NCBI GenBank assembly: GCA_951406725.2
Contig: OX597814.1
Location: 34,906,001 to 34,970,000 of the forward strand
DNA from: Octopus vulgaris
Lineage: Eukaryota
Direction of reading: 5' to 3'
DNA: 64,000 nucleotides
The stretch's first letter is position 1. Each line of letters starts with the position of its first letter. Both the position numbers and the translations under genes were made by a program. Below the pieces are notes generated by a model. That model worked only from the letters and a program-made list of their open reading frames with translations, was not told the origin of the DNA and did no database searches. This document shows positions 23,832 through 36,399 of the stretch, piece by piece.

Positions 23832-25829
23832 ATGGACTTCCAGAGTCTCTATACCGTCATCCCTCACCACGAAGGACTGCGGGCACTTCAACACTTTCTC
23901 GACCTCCGCCCCAACCCCGAACCCGACACCTCCACACTCATTCGTCTGGCTGAACTTGTCCTTTCTCTTAACTGCTTCTCGTTCGCGGTTAAGATCTACC
24001 AACAGGTCTCGGGAGTGGCCATGGGAACGCGAATGGGCCCCAACTATGCGAACCTGTTCGTTGGCTACGTTGAGGCCCAAATATTCTCTAATTTCACTGG
24101 TCCCACTCCCAAACTATACGGTCGTTACATTGACGACATTATCGGTGCCACCTCACTCTCCCGGGAACATCTAGATTCCTTCCTCTCTTTCGTTCAATCC
24201 TTCCATCCTGCCCTCCACTTCACCTCCACTATCTCCAACACCTCTGTCTCCTTTCTCGACATGTCGGTCAGCATTCATTACTCCACTCTTACCACCTCCA
24301 TTCACTACAAACACACAGACTCACACTCATACCTAAACTTCCCTTCCTCCCACCCAAAACACACCAAGCTTTCCATCCCCTATTCCCAATTCCTCCGTCT
24401 ACGTAGGCTCTGTAGTGACGACCATGACTTTGAGACTCAGTCTCAACACATGGCTCGCAACTTCATCCTACGTGGATACCCCCTCACCACTATCCACACC
24501 GCCCTTGCCAGAGCATGTTCCATAGGCTGTGCATCTGCTCTCACCCCCCCCCGAACCCGCGCTGTAGTCTCTCGCCTCCCTTTTCCCCTCACTTACCACC
24601 CCACGACCCTACCTCTCCAACGCACCATTCTTCGAGCTTTCCGGCATCTCCAGTCCGACCCGTCCACTTCACACCTCTTCCCTAACCGACCCCTCCCCTC
24701 CTTCAAACGAGCCCATAACCTACGAGACCTTTTGGTCCACAGCTACTTCCCTGACCCTACCTCCCAACCTGGCTCGTTCCCCTGCTCCCGCCCACGTTGT
24801 CACACTTGCCCTTACCTCTCCAACACCACCCTCCTCACTGGCACCCATCATCGACCCTATCGCATCATCAACTCCTTCAACTGCACCTCCAGTAATATCA
24901 TCTATTGCATCTCTTGCTCTCTCTGCCATTCCCTGTACATCGGACAAACGGGACGCCGCTTGGCTGACCGGTTCGCGGAACACCTCCGTGACATCCGCCT
25001 TGCCAACGACACACCGGTCTCACGCCATTTCCGCTCCACCGGTCACTCCTTGCAACACCTGTCTGTGTTCGGTTTGTCCTTGCACAGAGGGCATTCGGAT
25101 TCCCGTTTGCGCCGTGAACAGGGATTAATCTTCTCTCTTCGCTCTATTACGCCATTTGGTCTCAACTCTCCCCCCTCCTCATCTAACCTCCTCCTCGACT
25201 CCTGCTTCTCTTCGGTCCTTCATCTTTTCACCCCTACTCTCTTTCCCTCCTCTTCTCTTCTTCCTTCCTCTTCTTTCCTCTTTCTTCTTCCCTCTTCCCC
25301 TTCTCTCTTTCTCTCTGCTCCCTCACTCCCCTTCTCTCTCCCCTATCCTTCCCCTCCTCCTCTCCCCTCCTTTCCCATCGCCCTTCTCCCCCTCTTCTCC
25401 TCTTTCCTTCTCCCCCTCTCTCCCCTCCCCCTCATCTCATCTCCCCCTCACCCCCTCCTTCTTTCCTTATCCCCCCCTCATCTCTCCCTCCCCACTCTCA
25501 CCTTTCCTCTTCTCCCTACTCCCTTCTCTTTCCTTCTCCCCCTCTTCCCCTCACCCCCTCACCCTCCTCCTCATCTCTCCTCCCCTTTCCCCCTCATCTT
25601 CTCTCTCCCCCTCTCCTCCCTCCTCCTCCACTCTCTCTCTCACTCTCCTCCTCATCTCCCCTCTCTACACTACACCATACGACATTACACATCACATCAT
25701 ACATACATACAGACGTCCAGACCTTTCATACGCACCACATACTCTCTCATACACACACGCACCCTTATGTTAGGGCGAAGTCATTTGACCCTGTTATCTC
25801 CCCTATTTTCGCTCACGTTTGATCTCTGA
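23832..25829 (+). CDS. Partial PLE polyprotein: reverse transcriptase + GIY-YIG endonuclease (homology ends about 25166)
   Basis: MDFQSLYT, GVAMGTRMGPNYANLF, RYIDD, FLD, SSHP, CSRPRCHTC linker, NIIYCISC..C..LYIGQTGRRLADRFAEH, terminal PFGLN. The remainder is low-complexity read-through. Confidence 0.85.
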   Translation: MDFQSLYTVIPHHEGLRALQHFLDLRPNPEPDTSTLIRLAELVLSLNCFSFAVKIYQQVSGVAMGTRMGPNYANLFVGYVEAQIFSNFTGPTPKLYGRYIDDIIGATSLSREHLDSFLSFVQSFHPALHFTSTISNTSVSFLDMSVSIHYSTLTTSIHYKHTDSHSYLNFPSSHPKHTKLSIPYSQFLRLRRLCSDDHDFETQSQHMARNFILRGYPLTTIHTALARACSIGCASALTPPRTRAVVSRLPFPLTYHPTTLPLQRTILRAFRHLQSDPSTSHLFPNRPLPSFKRAHNLRDLLVHSYFPDPTSQPGSFPCSRPRCHTCPYLSNTTLLTGTHHRPYRIINSFNCTSSNIIYCISCSLCHSLYIGQTGRRLADRFAEHLRDIRLANDTPVSRHFRSTGHSLQHLSVFGLSLHRGHSDSRLRREQGLIFSLRSITPFGLNSPPSSSNLLLDSCFSSVLHLFTPTLFPSSSLLPSSSFLFLLPSSPSLFLSAPSLPFSLPYPSPPPLPSFPIALLPLFSSFLLPLSPLPLISSPPHPLLLSLSPPHLSLPTLTFPLLPTPFSFLLPLFPSPPHPPPHLSSPFPLIFSLPLSSLLLHSLSHSPPHLPSLHYTIRHYTSHHTYIQTSRPFIRTTYSLIHTRTLMLGRSHLTLLSPLFSLTFDL

Positions 25830-25922
25830 CTTCAGGCCAGAATCAGATCGCCATGTTGAATCGCTAGCTTCTGCACACATTTTTTTCTCTCCTTGTTTCT
25901 CTCCGTGTTTCTTTTCTGTGTA

Positions 25923-25960
25923 TCTTTCTGTTGAAGAGCGTAGGCTCGAAACGTAAAAGA
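25923..25960 (+). ncRNA. Minimal type I hammerhead-like motif (CUGUUGA variant) in the PLE terminal repeat
   Basis: TCTTT-CTGTTGA-A-GAGC-gtag-GCTC-GAAA-CG-TA-AAAGA. Stem I TCTTT/AAAGA, palindromic ACGT in place of helix III. Confidence 0.65.
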
Positions 25961-26419
25961 CTTGTTTTATTTATATTCCTGAGCGCCATACTAATACAAT
26001 TGTTTGTTTGTACTCCACCTGCTTTCGTCTTTTGTTTATGTTCATAAAGCTTCCCGTTATATATGCATGTGTGTGAGTGTATCAATATCTACTCACTACT
26101 AAATGGCCACTTAAAACATTTAGCTAAAGCAAGGTTCATGCTACGAATTCTTCTTCTATTGTATGTGATGGCTGTACTTTTGTATATCAAATCCGGCACT
26201 ACTTTCCCACTGCTAAGTCAAAGATTTCGCCATACATATGTAGTATCGAACAGCTTCAATGAGAGTTGCTTCTAAAACTACCAGCTATCGGAGCTAATGA
26301 AGGCACACTTAGACACGGGTCATTTTCAGTAGTTTTGGCTCCACTGCAGAATGCGACACATTGTATGTTGGCACTAATCCATTACGAAAACCGAACAAGA
26401 ATCTGAAAACGATCCCTAT

Positions 26420-26560
26420 TCACTGTGATAATGCACGACCACACATGCATCACTGTAATCAGCAATTTGAGCTGGTCACTGTCTGGCCGGACTTGGTGCC
26501 CTTCGACTTCCAGCTGTTCAATCCATGAAATACAGTTTTCGGAGACTGGACGAGAAGACT
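26420..26560 (+). mobile_element. Mariner transposase catalytic-domain relic
   Basis: Encodes HCDNARPH and PDLVPFDFQLF (cf. HDNARPH and SPDLAPSDF.LF). Confidence 0.6.
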
Positions 26561-27156
26561 ATCCCTATGTTACAACAGTATTCATATTTTCAAAGAGGAG
26601 TCGAGAGTTGGGTTTAACGATGGCGCAAATGCATCGCTTGTGACTATGCTGAGCAAAACCTTTAATTCGAACAATCTATGTTAGTTAATGTATACAAAAT
26701 TATGTCCAGCTTTGGTAAACTCTTCGTTTATGTCTGTGTGAATATGTATGCGTGTTTGTATGAGCGTATGGGAATATGTGCGGGTATGTGCACATATGTG
26801 GTGTGGGTGCACGTGTTTATTCATAATACATATGTAGACACAAGCCTTGACTGAGAAAGGTGAGACGTTCTATATTAAAATGGTTAATTAAAGGTATATA
26901 TTTACTTTTTTTGTGGAAAACATAAAAAAATAAAGAAACGCAAAAAAGAAACGAATTATTTACAAAGGAAGTTTCTTTTCTTCGTATGTAACACTTGTTA
27001 TTACATTATTCTGTGCTAGATTCGCCGATACATATTCCAATATTTGAACGATACAGTAAAGAATATTATTAGAATATTCTCAACCACTTTGATGTATACG
27101 ATCAATAATGCCCCAAAATATACATACACATACATACATACATACAAACATATGTA

Positions 27157-27216
<60 letters not shown>

Positions 27217-27668
27217 TTTTAAATTGAAGAACATGCATGCAACTTTTTCTTGTAGAATTACTCCCCCACCGCAACTTCAAGTTTTAAATCAATAAAACTA
27301 ATATCGATGGAATTTCCAAATTACTCTGGTTCCATTGGAAGCAAAGCGAAGATAGGTAATTCCATAAAGTTTCTAATATTGATTTGTAACTCCCGCGCAA
27401 GACAAGACATTCACGAAGAGGGATACAATCGATTAAATCAACCCCAGTACGCAATTGGTTGTTATTTGCAACAGTGAGGAAATCTCTACGCTCGACCTGT
27501 TAAAATGGCAGCTGAATTTTTCTTAAATTACATTCAACACTTTTAAAGAGGATATCTTAGTCTGCAATGTTTCATATACTTTTATAGACAAGATGCTTGA
27601 ATATAAAAGTAGTTGCGATGGTCGTGGCAGGGAGGCTTTTGTTCATATATGTGTAGAGAGAGCGTGAG

Positions 27669-28191
27669 AGAAGAAGAAGAAGAAGAAGAAGAAGAAGAAG
27701 AAGAAGAAGAAGAAGAAGAAGAAGAAGAAGAAGAAGAAGAAGAAGAAGAAGGAGAAGAAGAAGAAGAAGAAGGAAAAGAAGGAGGAGAAGAAGAAGAAGA
27801 AGAAGAAAAAGAAGAAGAAAAAGAAGAAAGAAAAGAAGAAAGAAAAGAAGAAAGAAAAGAAGAAAGAAAAGAAGAAAGAAAAGAAGAAAGAAAAGAAGAA
27901 GAAGAAGCAGGAAAAGAAGAAGTAGTAGAAAAAGGAAAAGAAGAAGAAGGAGGAGGAGAAGAAGAAAAAGAAGAAAGAAAAGAAGAAGAAAAAGAAGAAA
28001 GAGAAGAAGAAGGAAAAGAAGAAGGAAAAGAAGAAGGAAAAGAAGAAGAAGAAGCAGGAAAAGAAGAAGAAGAAGCAGGAAAAGAAGAAGAAGTAGAAGA
28101 AGGAAAAGAAGTAGTAGTAGTAGTAGTAGTAGTAGAAGAAGAAGAAGAAGAAGAAGAAGAAGAAGAAGAAGAAGAAGAAGAAGAAGAAGAA
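27669..28191. repeat. Compound (GAA)n purine tract
   Basis: Direct tandem repeat with GGA, GTA and GCAGGAAAA variants. Confidence 0.97.
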
Positions 28192-28682
28192 ACTATGGGA
28201 CTGGGCTGGTATTTTTTTTATCAGACTCACAAGGATGTAAATCAAAGATAGCCCTTTCGCGATTAGAACGTAAAGCACAGGGAGCCACCAAAAATCCCGC
28301 AAGTCACTTCCTCTGACGCTTTTTCTCTATCTTTCTAGGTGTGTGACAATATATTCATACATATATACATATACATACACACATGCAGAGACATATACAG
28401 ACAGACACACATACACATACACATACATACGTACATACGTACATACATAGATATATATACATACATGTCTTCTTGTCGTCTTCCTTGCCAGTGTCTCTTG
28501 TTTAAACGTCATCTGCTCAATAGACGACTGACAAATAGTCTTGTTTCCAGCTTGAAAAATGGTGGAATAAATTATTATTTCCACCAGGAAAACTTGAGTA
28601 GCTGTATTTAACAAGATTTATGTTTTTTTATGTTTATAACGTGTTATACGTATACATATATACATACACACGCACGCACACA

Positions 28683-28773
<91 letters not shown>

Positions 28774-30659
28774 CAATCATTAGGTACTTAAGTTGAAGCA
28801 CCACCAAGTCAGTATTATAGCAAGCGGTATTATCCGTACAACTCAAAGTAAGGTGAATAAAATCAAAATAAGCAACAGAATATCAAGAGATGATACAGCA
28901 CGACTGTTTCAAGCGGCTCCATTTAATTGAACAATGCAATCATTACATCAATTTAAATGCACACACACACACATTGGTATGTATATCTCATACTTAATAT
29001 AAGTATATCGTTGAAAAGCAAATTTTCTGTTGTATTCGTCCGGAGATAACATCTCTTATAGAAACGCTGTGTTTCAAAGCACAGTATACATTGGCGGCAG
29101 ACAAAAATTGTCCTAGCGGCAGCTGTAAGATGGATGTGGAAAATATCGAGAAAAACATAAAACCGTTGCTTTTCGAACAACATCCCTTCTAAAATCTGTT
29201 GTGAACTACGTAATGCTGATAACTTGTTCTCATTGTCACTGTGAATCAGTGATTGGTTCATTGCAATACTGCACCAACAACGGTAATAAACCTAGATCTA
29301 AGCTTTTGGCACGAAACACTGGCTAATAAACTGTCTTATTTTACAACCCACATTGGATTTAACGTTTTTTTTTTTTTTTTAATGCCTTAAGTACGAAGAT
29401 ATATGTAACGGTAATATTTTGGAGTTCACCGGAATGGCCGAATGACTAGCAAGTCACTGGTCGTCTAGATCTTTATATCTTGCTTTCTGTCTATCCGAAG
29501 CTACACTGTGTACTGCAACAAGCTATGATGAATCGTATGAGAAATCAGGACATGTATTCCCTCCCCTGGCCATCTATTTCTGCAGATGACTTTTGTGATT
29601 ACCAATGAATGATCTTGATGTAATTTATTAAACTTCTGTCCTGAACAACTCTGACCCAGCACGGATAATAAGAAAAAACAAAATAAAATAAAGAAAAAGC
29701 AACAAAAAGCAAGCAAAGAAAATCATATTTATTTTTCTAATATATTGATTATGTAGATTTACTATAGAATCAATGGAACCACGTGAATTATTTGTATCTA
29801 ATTAAGCAAATCATTTGGATGAAAGACAATGTCTACCCCGGTGGGATTGGAATTCTAAGTGTAGAAGGATGAAGTTAAATACTGCAAATCAGTACACTTT
29901 TCTGCCAATCAATATCCTAATTTATCTCATAAATTTATGGTTATTGCAACTAAGATTGCAATTTCGTTTGCTTTGTATTTGCATAGTGACAATAAATTGA
30001 ATTGATTTGAATTGCCTTAGAGAAGATTCTGCGACTTAGTTTCAATATATAGCTGTAGATATTTCTCTCTACTTACATTGTTAGTAAAGGAAAAAAAAAA
30101 AAACTCATTTCAAACTTCTATTTGTTCTTGCTTTAGGCTCTATAGAAATATTTATATATTGTTTGAAATAATGTTCTATTAACAATATCATACAGTATCT
30201 AAAACCTATCTACTTCTCAAATCAACATTCATCATGTTAATTATATTTTTTATATTTTGTTATTCTTGAAAGGATTCAGTCACTGGAATGCGTCCATGAT
30301 GGAGCTTCAGCGTCAATAGGTTTTAGTCAATTACATCAGTTTCACTACATATTTTTGCCTGAAAATTATTTTTATCGATCCTCAAATATTGAACCGCAAG
30401 AAACAAGCCTTCAGATCTATACGGATGCACATCCATATGCATCCATCCATCCATCCATCCATCCATCCATCCATCCATCCATCCATCCATACATACATAC
30501 ATACATACACACACACATACATACATACATACATACATACATACATACATACATACATACATACATACATGCATACATACATACATACATACATACATAC
30601 ATAATACATACATACATAATACATACATACATACATATATATTATATATTATATCATTA

Positions 30660-30890
30660 GGCGGCGTGCTAGCAGAAATGTTAGCACGCCGGTCGAAATG
30701 CGTAGCCGTATTTCGTCTGCTGCTACGTTCTGAGTTCAAATTCCGCCGAGGTCGACTTTGCCTTTCATACTTTCGAGGTCGATTAAATAAGCACCAGTTA
30801 CGCACTGGGGTCGATATAATCGACTTAATCCGTTTGTTTGTCCTTGTTTGTCCTCTCTGTGTTTAGCCCCTTGTGGGTAGTAAAGCGAAT
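30660..30890 (+). mobile_element. SINE family A, full length
   Basis: Head, B-box, body and TGTTTAGCCCCTTGTGGGTAGTAAAG tail. Confidence 0.9.
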
Positions 30891-31824
30891 TTCTTTGAAA
30901 TAGGAAATATATGTTCATTGGGTTTGTAAAAGAGAGCAAAGCTACAGGAATACAAAAGACGAATGATCATAATAAGCAGTCAGTTACCCTACGCTAGCCG
31001 TTACCACTCCCAATGTAGGATTCCTCACCATCCAGGTGACAGGCACATCCGTAAGATGCATTACAAATCTATAGCAATTGAAAGGCGTGACCCAACTGAA
31101 ATCAACATTAACAACTGTGTGAACTGAGTGCTTAGGAGAAATTAAAGTGTCACCTCTGGAGTTTGCAAATGACCACTATACTGATACGTAACTGGCCAGA
31201 ATAAATTTAAAATCTATAAATGTCTTTGAATAACGAGTCACTCATCGGGGAAGGCCTTGAAATCAATGTTACCGTCTGGGGACTATGTGTGACCAAGTGG
31301 TAATAAAAAGATTGAAAGGAGGTCTGCAATCAAATAACTTTACTCAACACTTTGCAACTGAATCAGTGGAGGCAAAGATGCCTCTCATTTACTTGACAAT
31401 TTATGCAGCATATTGCAGAAATCAAAATGTAAGTGTATGTCAAAGCGAACTGTTACACTGTTGTACCATTGAATTAGAAATAATGCCCAACTTTTATGCT
31501 CGGGTAACCCTACAGCTTCCAAGAGCACAACTGTATTTGTTTTTGCTTAGATAAAATGACAAAATTGTGGGTGTTAAGTCCCCATGGAGGGGTCTTTCTA
31601 ACTTTGTAAGAAGATGAAATTTTATAAATATTACTTCATTTATGTCTAATATCTATAACTAAAATTTCATCAACAGCAAAAATATATGAATTGTCATTGG
31701 GGTTATAGCCCTTATGCATAGAATATAATTTCCAAATTTCATAAAGATCTATTCAGTACTTTTGACCTGGTTTTGGATCATAAAAGAAATGACTAAAATT
31801 TGGGAGTTAAGGCTCCCATTAGGG

Positions 31825-31895
<71 letters not shown>

Positions 31896-31974
31896 TAGAT
31901 AGATAGATATAGATACACACACACACACACATACAAAGATAAGTTGATAGATACAACTGAGTTGGCAAACAAAA

Positions 31975-32190
31975 ATATGAGACACAGCCTTGTGCTTTTT
32001 TTATATTGATAAGACTAGTACTTATTCTATTAGTTTGTTCTTGTGAAACCAGTAAGTTATGTGGATGTAAATAAATGAACAGCAATTGTGAAGCAGTGAT
32101 GAAAGCGAAACACAGAGACACATGCACTTGCATATATACATATATATATACGATTGATTTATTTCAGTTCCTGTCTACGAAATCCATATA
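31975..32190 (-). mobile_element. Diverged partial SINE family B
   Basis: CTAGTACTTATTCTAT...TTTCAGTTCCTGTCTACGAAATCCA matches the family B body. Confidence 0.6.
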
Positions 32191-32193
32191 TAT

Positions 32194-34650
32194 TGTTGTT
32201 GGTATCCTTTTTGTCTCGGCAGACAATAGAGTTGCGCATAAAATAATCTAGTCCGGCTTTTACATTTCATGTCCTAATACATCTCCTGGTGTGGCTGTAT
32301 AGTCCTATCCTGCACAAACACTCCCTCTGGCAGGTGCCGCAAATTTAACGAAGACTTTGCCTGGCTGGTTGTAATGTCATAGTTTCTTGTTGACGTCTTT
32401 TCTTGTCTTTCCATTTCTCCTCTTTCTCTATGTCACTCCTTTGTGTTCCCTCTTTTATGGTACGTCGCCAATCGCTACGGTCACTGGCAACTGCTAATAT
32501 TGATGTTGCAGGCATTCCTGTCCCTTTTGCAAACATCCTTGTATCGTAAGAAGGGTCTTCCCACAGACCTAGTTCCCCTAGCAAGCTCTCCGTTGAGTAT
32601 GTCCTTGGGGATTCTGCCATATTCCATACGGCTAACATGTCCAAGCCATCTCATACGTCTTTATGTGAGGTGTGCAAACATGCTTGGTATTCCTGCTTGC
32701 TTGAGGACATCTTTGTTGGGGACATGATTCTGCCATTTGATGCGATGGATTTTCCGGAGGCAGCGCAGGTGGAAGATATTTAGGCGACGTATCGCGTCGT
32801 ATGGCGTGTGTATGGCGTCCAAGTCTCACTTCCATTGCGTAGAGTGCTAAGTACACATGCCTGGTAAATCTTCATTTTTGTGGTCTTGGTCAGCTTATTG
32901 TTGTCCCATGCCCGTTTGGATAGTTGGGCCATCACAGCAGCTGCCTTGCCAATGCGTATATTGAGCTCAGCATCAAGGGATAGGTTGTAGGTAACGGTAG
33001 AGCCAAGATAGGTAAACATCTCCACCCCCTGTAGTCTGTGGTCTCCAATATGTATGTTTGGGATGTACGATGTAGCCTGACCCATGATGGTGGTCTTCTT
33101 GAGGCTGATAACTAAGCTAAAGTTGTCACATGCTTGCTCAAAGCAGTTGATGAGCCTTTGTAGGGCTTCTTCTATGTGTGATACCAGAGCGGCATCATCA
33201 GCAAATAACATCTCCTTGATCAGGATGCCTCTGATTTTGGTCTTGGTACGCAGACGCGAGAGATTGAACAGTTTCCCATCACTTCTACTGTGCAGAAACA
33301 CTCCATCATCTAATATCTCAAAGGCATGTGACAGCAGCAGCGAGAAGATGCCAAATAATGTATGAGCAAGGACACAACATTGCTTTACATCATTTTCTAT
33401 TTGGAAGGCGGCTGATGTTGAAGCATTGTGCTGTATGGTACCTTGCATGTAATCATGGAAAGAAGTGATGATTCTCAGCAGCTTTGGTGGACATCCAATT
33501 TTTTGGAGTAGAATGAAGAGGCCTTTTCTACTTACCAAGTCAAAGGCCTTTGTCAGATCAATGAAGGTCATATATAATGGCATTTTTTGCTCTCTGGACT
33601 TTTGAAGTTGGCGTATGGAGAATATCATGTCAATAGTTGATCTGCTTCTTCTAAAGCCACACTGCGATTCTGAATAAATTCGAGAAGCAAGCAGTTGCAG
33701 ACTGGACGGGATAATGCGAGCAGAGGCCTTTCCAACAGTGCTTAGAAGAGATATTCCACGGTAATTGTTACGATCACCACGGTCACCTTTGTTTTTGTAA
33801 AGCGTAATGATGCTAGCATCCCGAATATCCTGAGAGATTGTACCCTCTTCCCAGCACTGACATAGAAGCTCGTGAATGTGCCGAAGCAGGATGGTGTTTT
33901 TGCCGGTTTTGATGATCTCTAAGGCGATGCTGCCTTTTCCCGGAGCCTTGTTACTTGCTAGGGAGTCAATAGACTTGGTGAGCTCTGCTATAGATGGCAG
34001 ACCGCCAAGTTCACACATTAGTGGCAAGATCTTGATACCCTCGATTGCTACCTTGGTCTCTCGTGAGTACAGATCCTGGTAGTACTCCACCCATGTATCC
34101 ATTTGTTTGCTTTGGTCCTTGATGAGATCCTTAGTAGTTGATTTCAGAGGGGCTGACTTGGTTGCGGATGGACCGAGGGCCTTCTTCAAACCGGCATACA
34201 TCCCACGGGTGTCGCCACTGTCAGCAGCTGACTGGATACTCTGACAGATTTCCTGCCAATACCTATATGCACAGCCTCTGGCAGTCAGTTGGGTTTTATT
34301 TCTTGCCTTTCTGAGTTCTTCGAGTGACTTTGTAGAAGAATCACTCTTGTGTTGCATCAAAGCTGCACGCTTTGCTTCGATAACTGTTTCTAGCTCTGAG
34401 AGCCCAGCACTGAACAAAATCTGGGATTTGCCTTTCTCTCATGCCGAAAGTATCTATTTATGTGGTATACAAAGCTTCCCTGATATACTCCCACCTACTT
34501 TCAGCAGAGGAGGTTGGGCAGCTACTGAGAGCAACCTTGATAGAAACAGCAAAACATTATCGCAGTGTAGGGTCCGAGGTTCTGGCAATGGTCGGCCCAT
34601 TTTCTTGGAGTGATGGACTTTTTTAGGCAAAATTTTCACCCTGCTTCTTA
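32194..34650 (-). mobile_element. 5'-truncated RTE-clade LINE
   Basis: ORF 32780-34417: NYRGISLLS, ESQCGFR, FIDLTKAFD, EMLFADDAAL, FTYLGS. Frameshifted C-terminus; 3' end followed by (CAA)n. Confidence 0.92.
32780..34417 (-). pseudogene. RTE reverse transcriptase ORF fragment (545 aa open stretch)
   Basis: RT motifs as above; flanking frameshifts; no intact endonuclease domain. Confidence 0.85.
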
Positions 34651-35360
34651 TTAGTGAATGATCTGTGTCACAATCCGCGCTGATATTTTCTTCAAGTTTT
34701 GTTTTTCATCCAGATTGCTTCCGTTTGGTAATTTCATTATCGTTTGTACTGCAGATTTCTTCGAGGTGCTCTTTAAGAGTAATGGCAGTGTGTATTTGAG
34801 ATTATTAATGTTCCCGCAATTAACACCACATAATTCAGCGAGCTCTCTAGCAATATCATCGATACCTTTCAGCAATAGAACAGTTAGCTGCTTCCTTAAT
34901 CTTCCTGAGGATGGACTGTCGCTCAACGATAGTTACTTAAAAGTAGAAAAGTTATCAAAGAACTGTGGTTTCAAGAAGTTTCTAAGTTGAATATATTCCA
35001 CAGTCATCTCTATCGATTCGGCTACATTTGAAAATACAAGAGAAGTTAATGATGGCGGCAGCAATTTGTTTAATTTCGATCTCCCTTATAACAGATTTTG
35101 GTCAGATCTCATTTTTTATGAGATCAATTAACATCACGAAAGCAAGCGACTATTTTTCTCACAGAAAAAATGCTTGCCACCAAAGCTATTTCACCGTAAA
35201 GATATTTAAGTTGGAGTGAGCTTCATTCCAGTAATTTTTTAGCCTCTTCGTATAGCCGATAGAAGGGTTGTCACGGGCTTTTTCATAACACTGGGGTAGA
35301 TTTTCGTTCGGATTTAAAGTCCAAGTATACTGAGAAGAGCACTTACGTTTTCTTAAATAG
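34651..35360 (-). mobile_element. N-terminal remnant of an R4/Dong-like element
   Basis: Minus strand encodes YTWTLNPNENLPQCYEKARDNPSIGYTKRLKNYW, paralleling RKWTSGKSRIVTQCY...RGYRKLVLKLW at 39730-39840. Confidence 0.5.
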
Positions 35361-35377
35361 CTGTACAGTTTTTATAA

Positions 35378-35631
35378 TAAATAAATGCACCCTTTTAAAG
35401 CCTAGCCAGGCTCATGGGCCCGGTTTCCCGGTTTCAATGGCATATGTGTTCCCCTGCTGAACGGGACGCCAGTCCATCGCAGCGTTATTCATTTTTGCCA
35501 GTTGAGTGGACTGGAGCAACGTGAAATGAAGAGTTTTGCTAAAGAACACAACGCGTCACCCGGTCCAGGAAGCGAAACCACAATCTCACGATCATGATGC
35601 TGACACCCTAACCACTAAGCCACGCGCCTCC
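35378..35631 (-). mobile_element. tRNA-derived SINE, head H2 + tail T1 (V-domain-like)
   Basis: GGAGGCGCGTGGCTTAGTGGTTAGG head; CTGCGATGGACTGGCGTCCCG...GGGCCCATGAGCCTGGCTAGGCTT tail. Confidence 0.85.
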
Positions 35632-36399
35632 GAGGAAGTTTTTATGGGTGGTGTAATTATTAGTTTCAACCATGATCGTGCAAATAGAAATCCACTGGTA
35701 TAGTTCAGAATAATGCTACGTTAGTAAGAAAAAGTAATTCTCTTACTTATAATTGGAGAAATAAATAAGTTACTGATATAGGAAGAAGAAGCCGGTATAA
35801 TTGTCGACGGAAACGTTCAAAAAGCAATGTTAAACGGTCCTCTGCACCTGCACGCCTGATGTTGACAACGCCATTTTGTTTGTTTGTATGTATGTATGTA
35901 TGTATGTATGTATGTATGTATGTATGTATGTATGCATGTATGTATGTATGTATGTATGTATGTATGTATGTATGTATGTATGTATGTATGTATGTACGTA
36001 TGTACGTACGTATGTACGTACGTATGTATGTATATATGTATTATGCGTGTGTATGTATGTACGTTTGACATTAGTTTTATTTCAAAATTTATTACCAATA
36101 AAGAAAGGGTCGGTTTCTAACCTAGATCCAAAGCTTCTTCATTGGAATTTCAAGAACATCAACAAGGTATTTTTTATGTATATACGTTTGTATGTATGTA
36201 TGTATGTATGTATGTATGTATGTATGTATGTATGCATGTATGTATGTATGTATGCATGTATGTATGTATGCATGCATGTATGTATGTATGTATGTATGTA
36301 TGTATGTATGTATGTATGTATGCATGTATGTATGTATGTATGTATGTATGTATGTATGTATGTATGTATGTATGTATGCATGCATGTATGTGTGCAGAC

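Larger units (their letters stand above)
23796..26060 (+). mobile_element. 5'-truncated Penelope-like retroelement (Neptune-like) with pyrimidine-rich 3' region and HHR-bearing terminal repeat
   Basis: RT plus Cys linker plus GIY-YIG ORF, 3' polypyrimidine tract, terminal repeat found elsewhere as solo copies, TA runs at both ends. Confidence 0.92.

Noticed and set aside
27613-28251. 212-aa Glu/Lys-rich ORF
   Set aside because: Translation of a (GAA)n tract; no splice or domain evidence.
34658-34990. 110-aa plus-strand ORF
   Set aside because: Antisense to a retroelement remnant; no independent motif.
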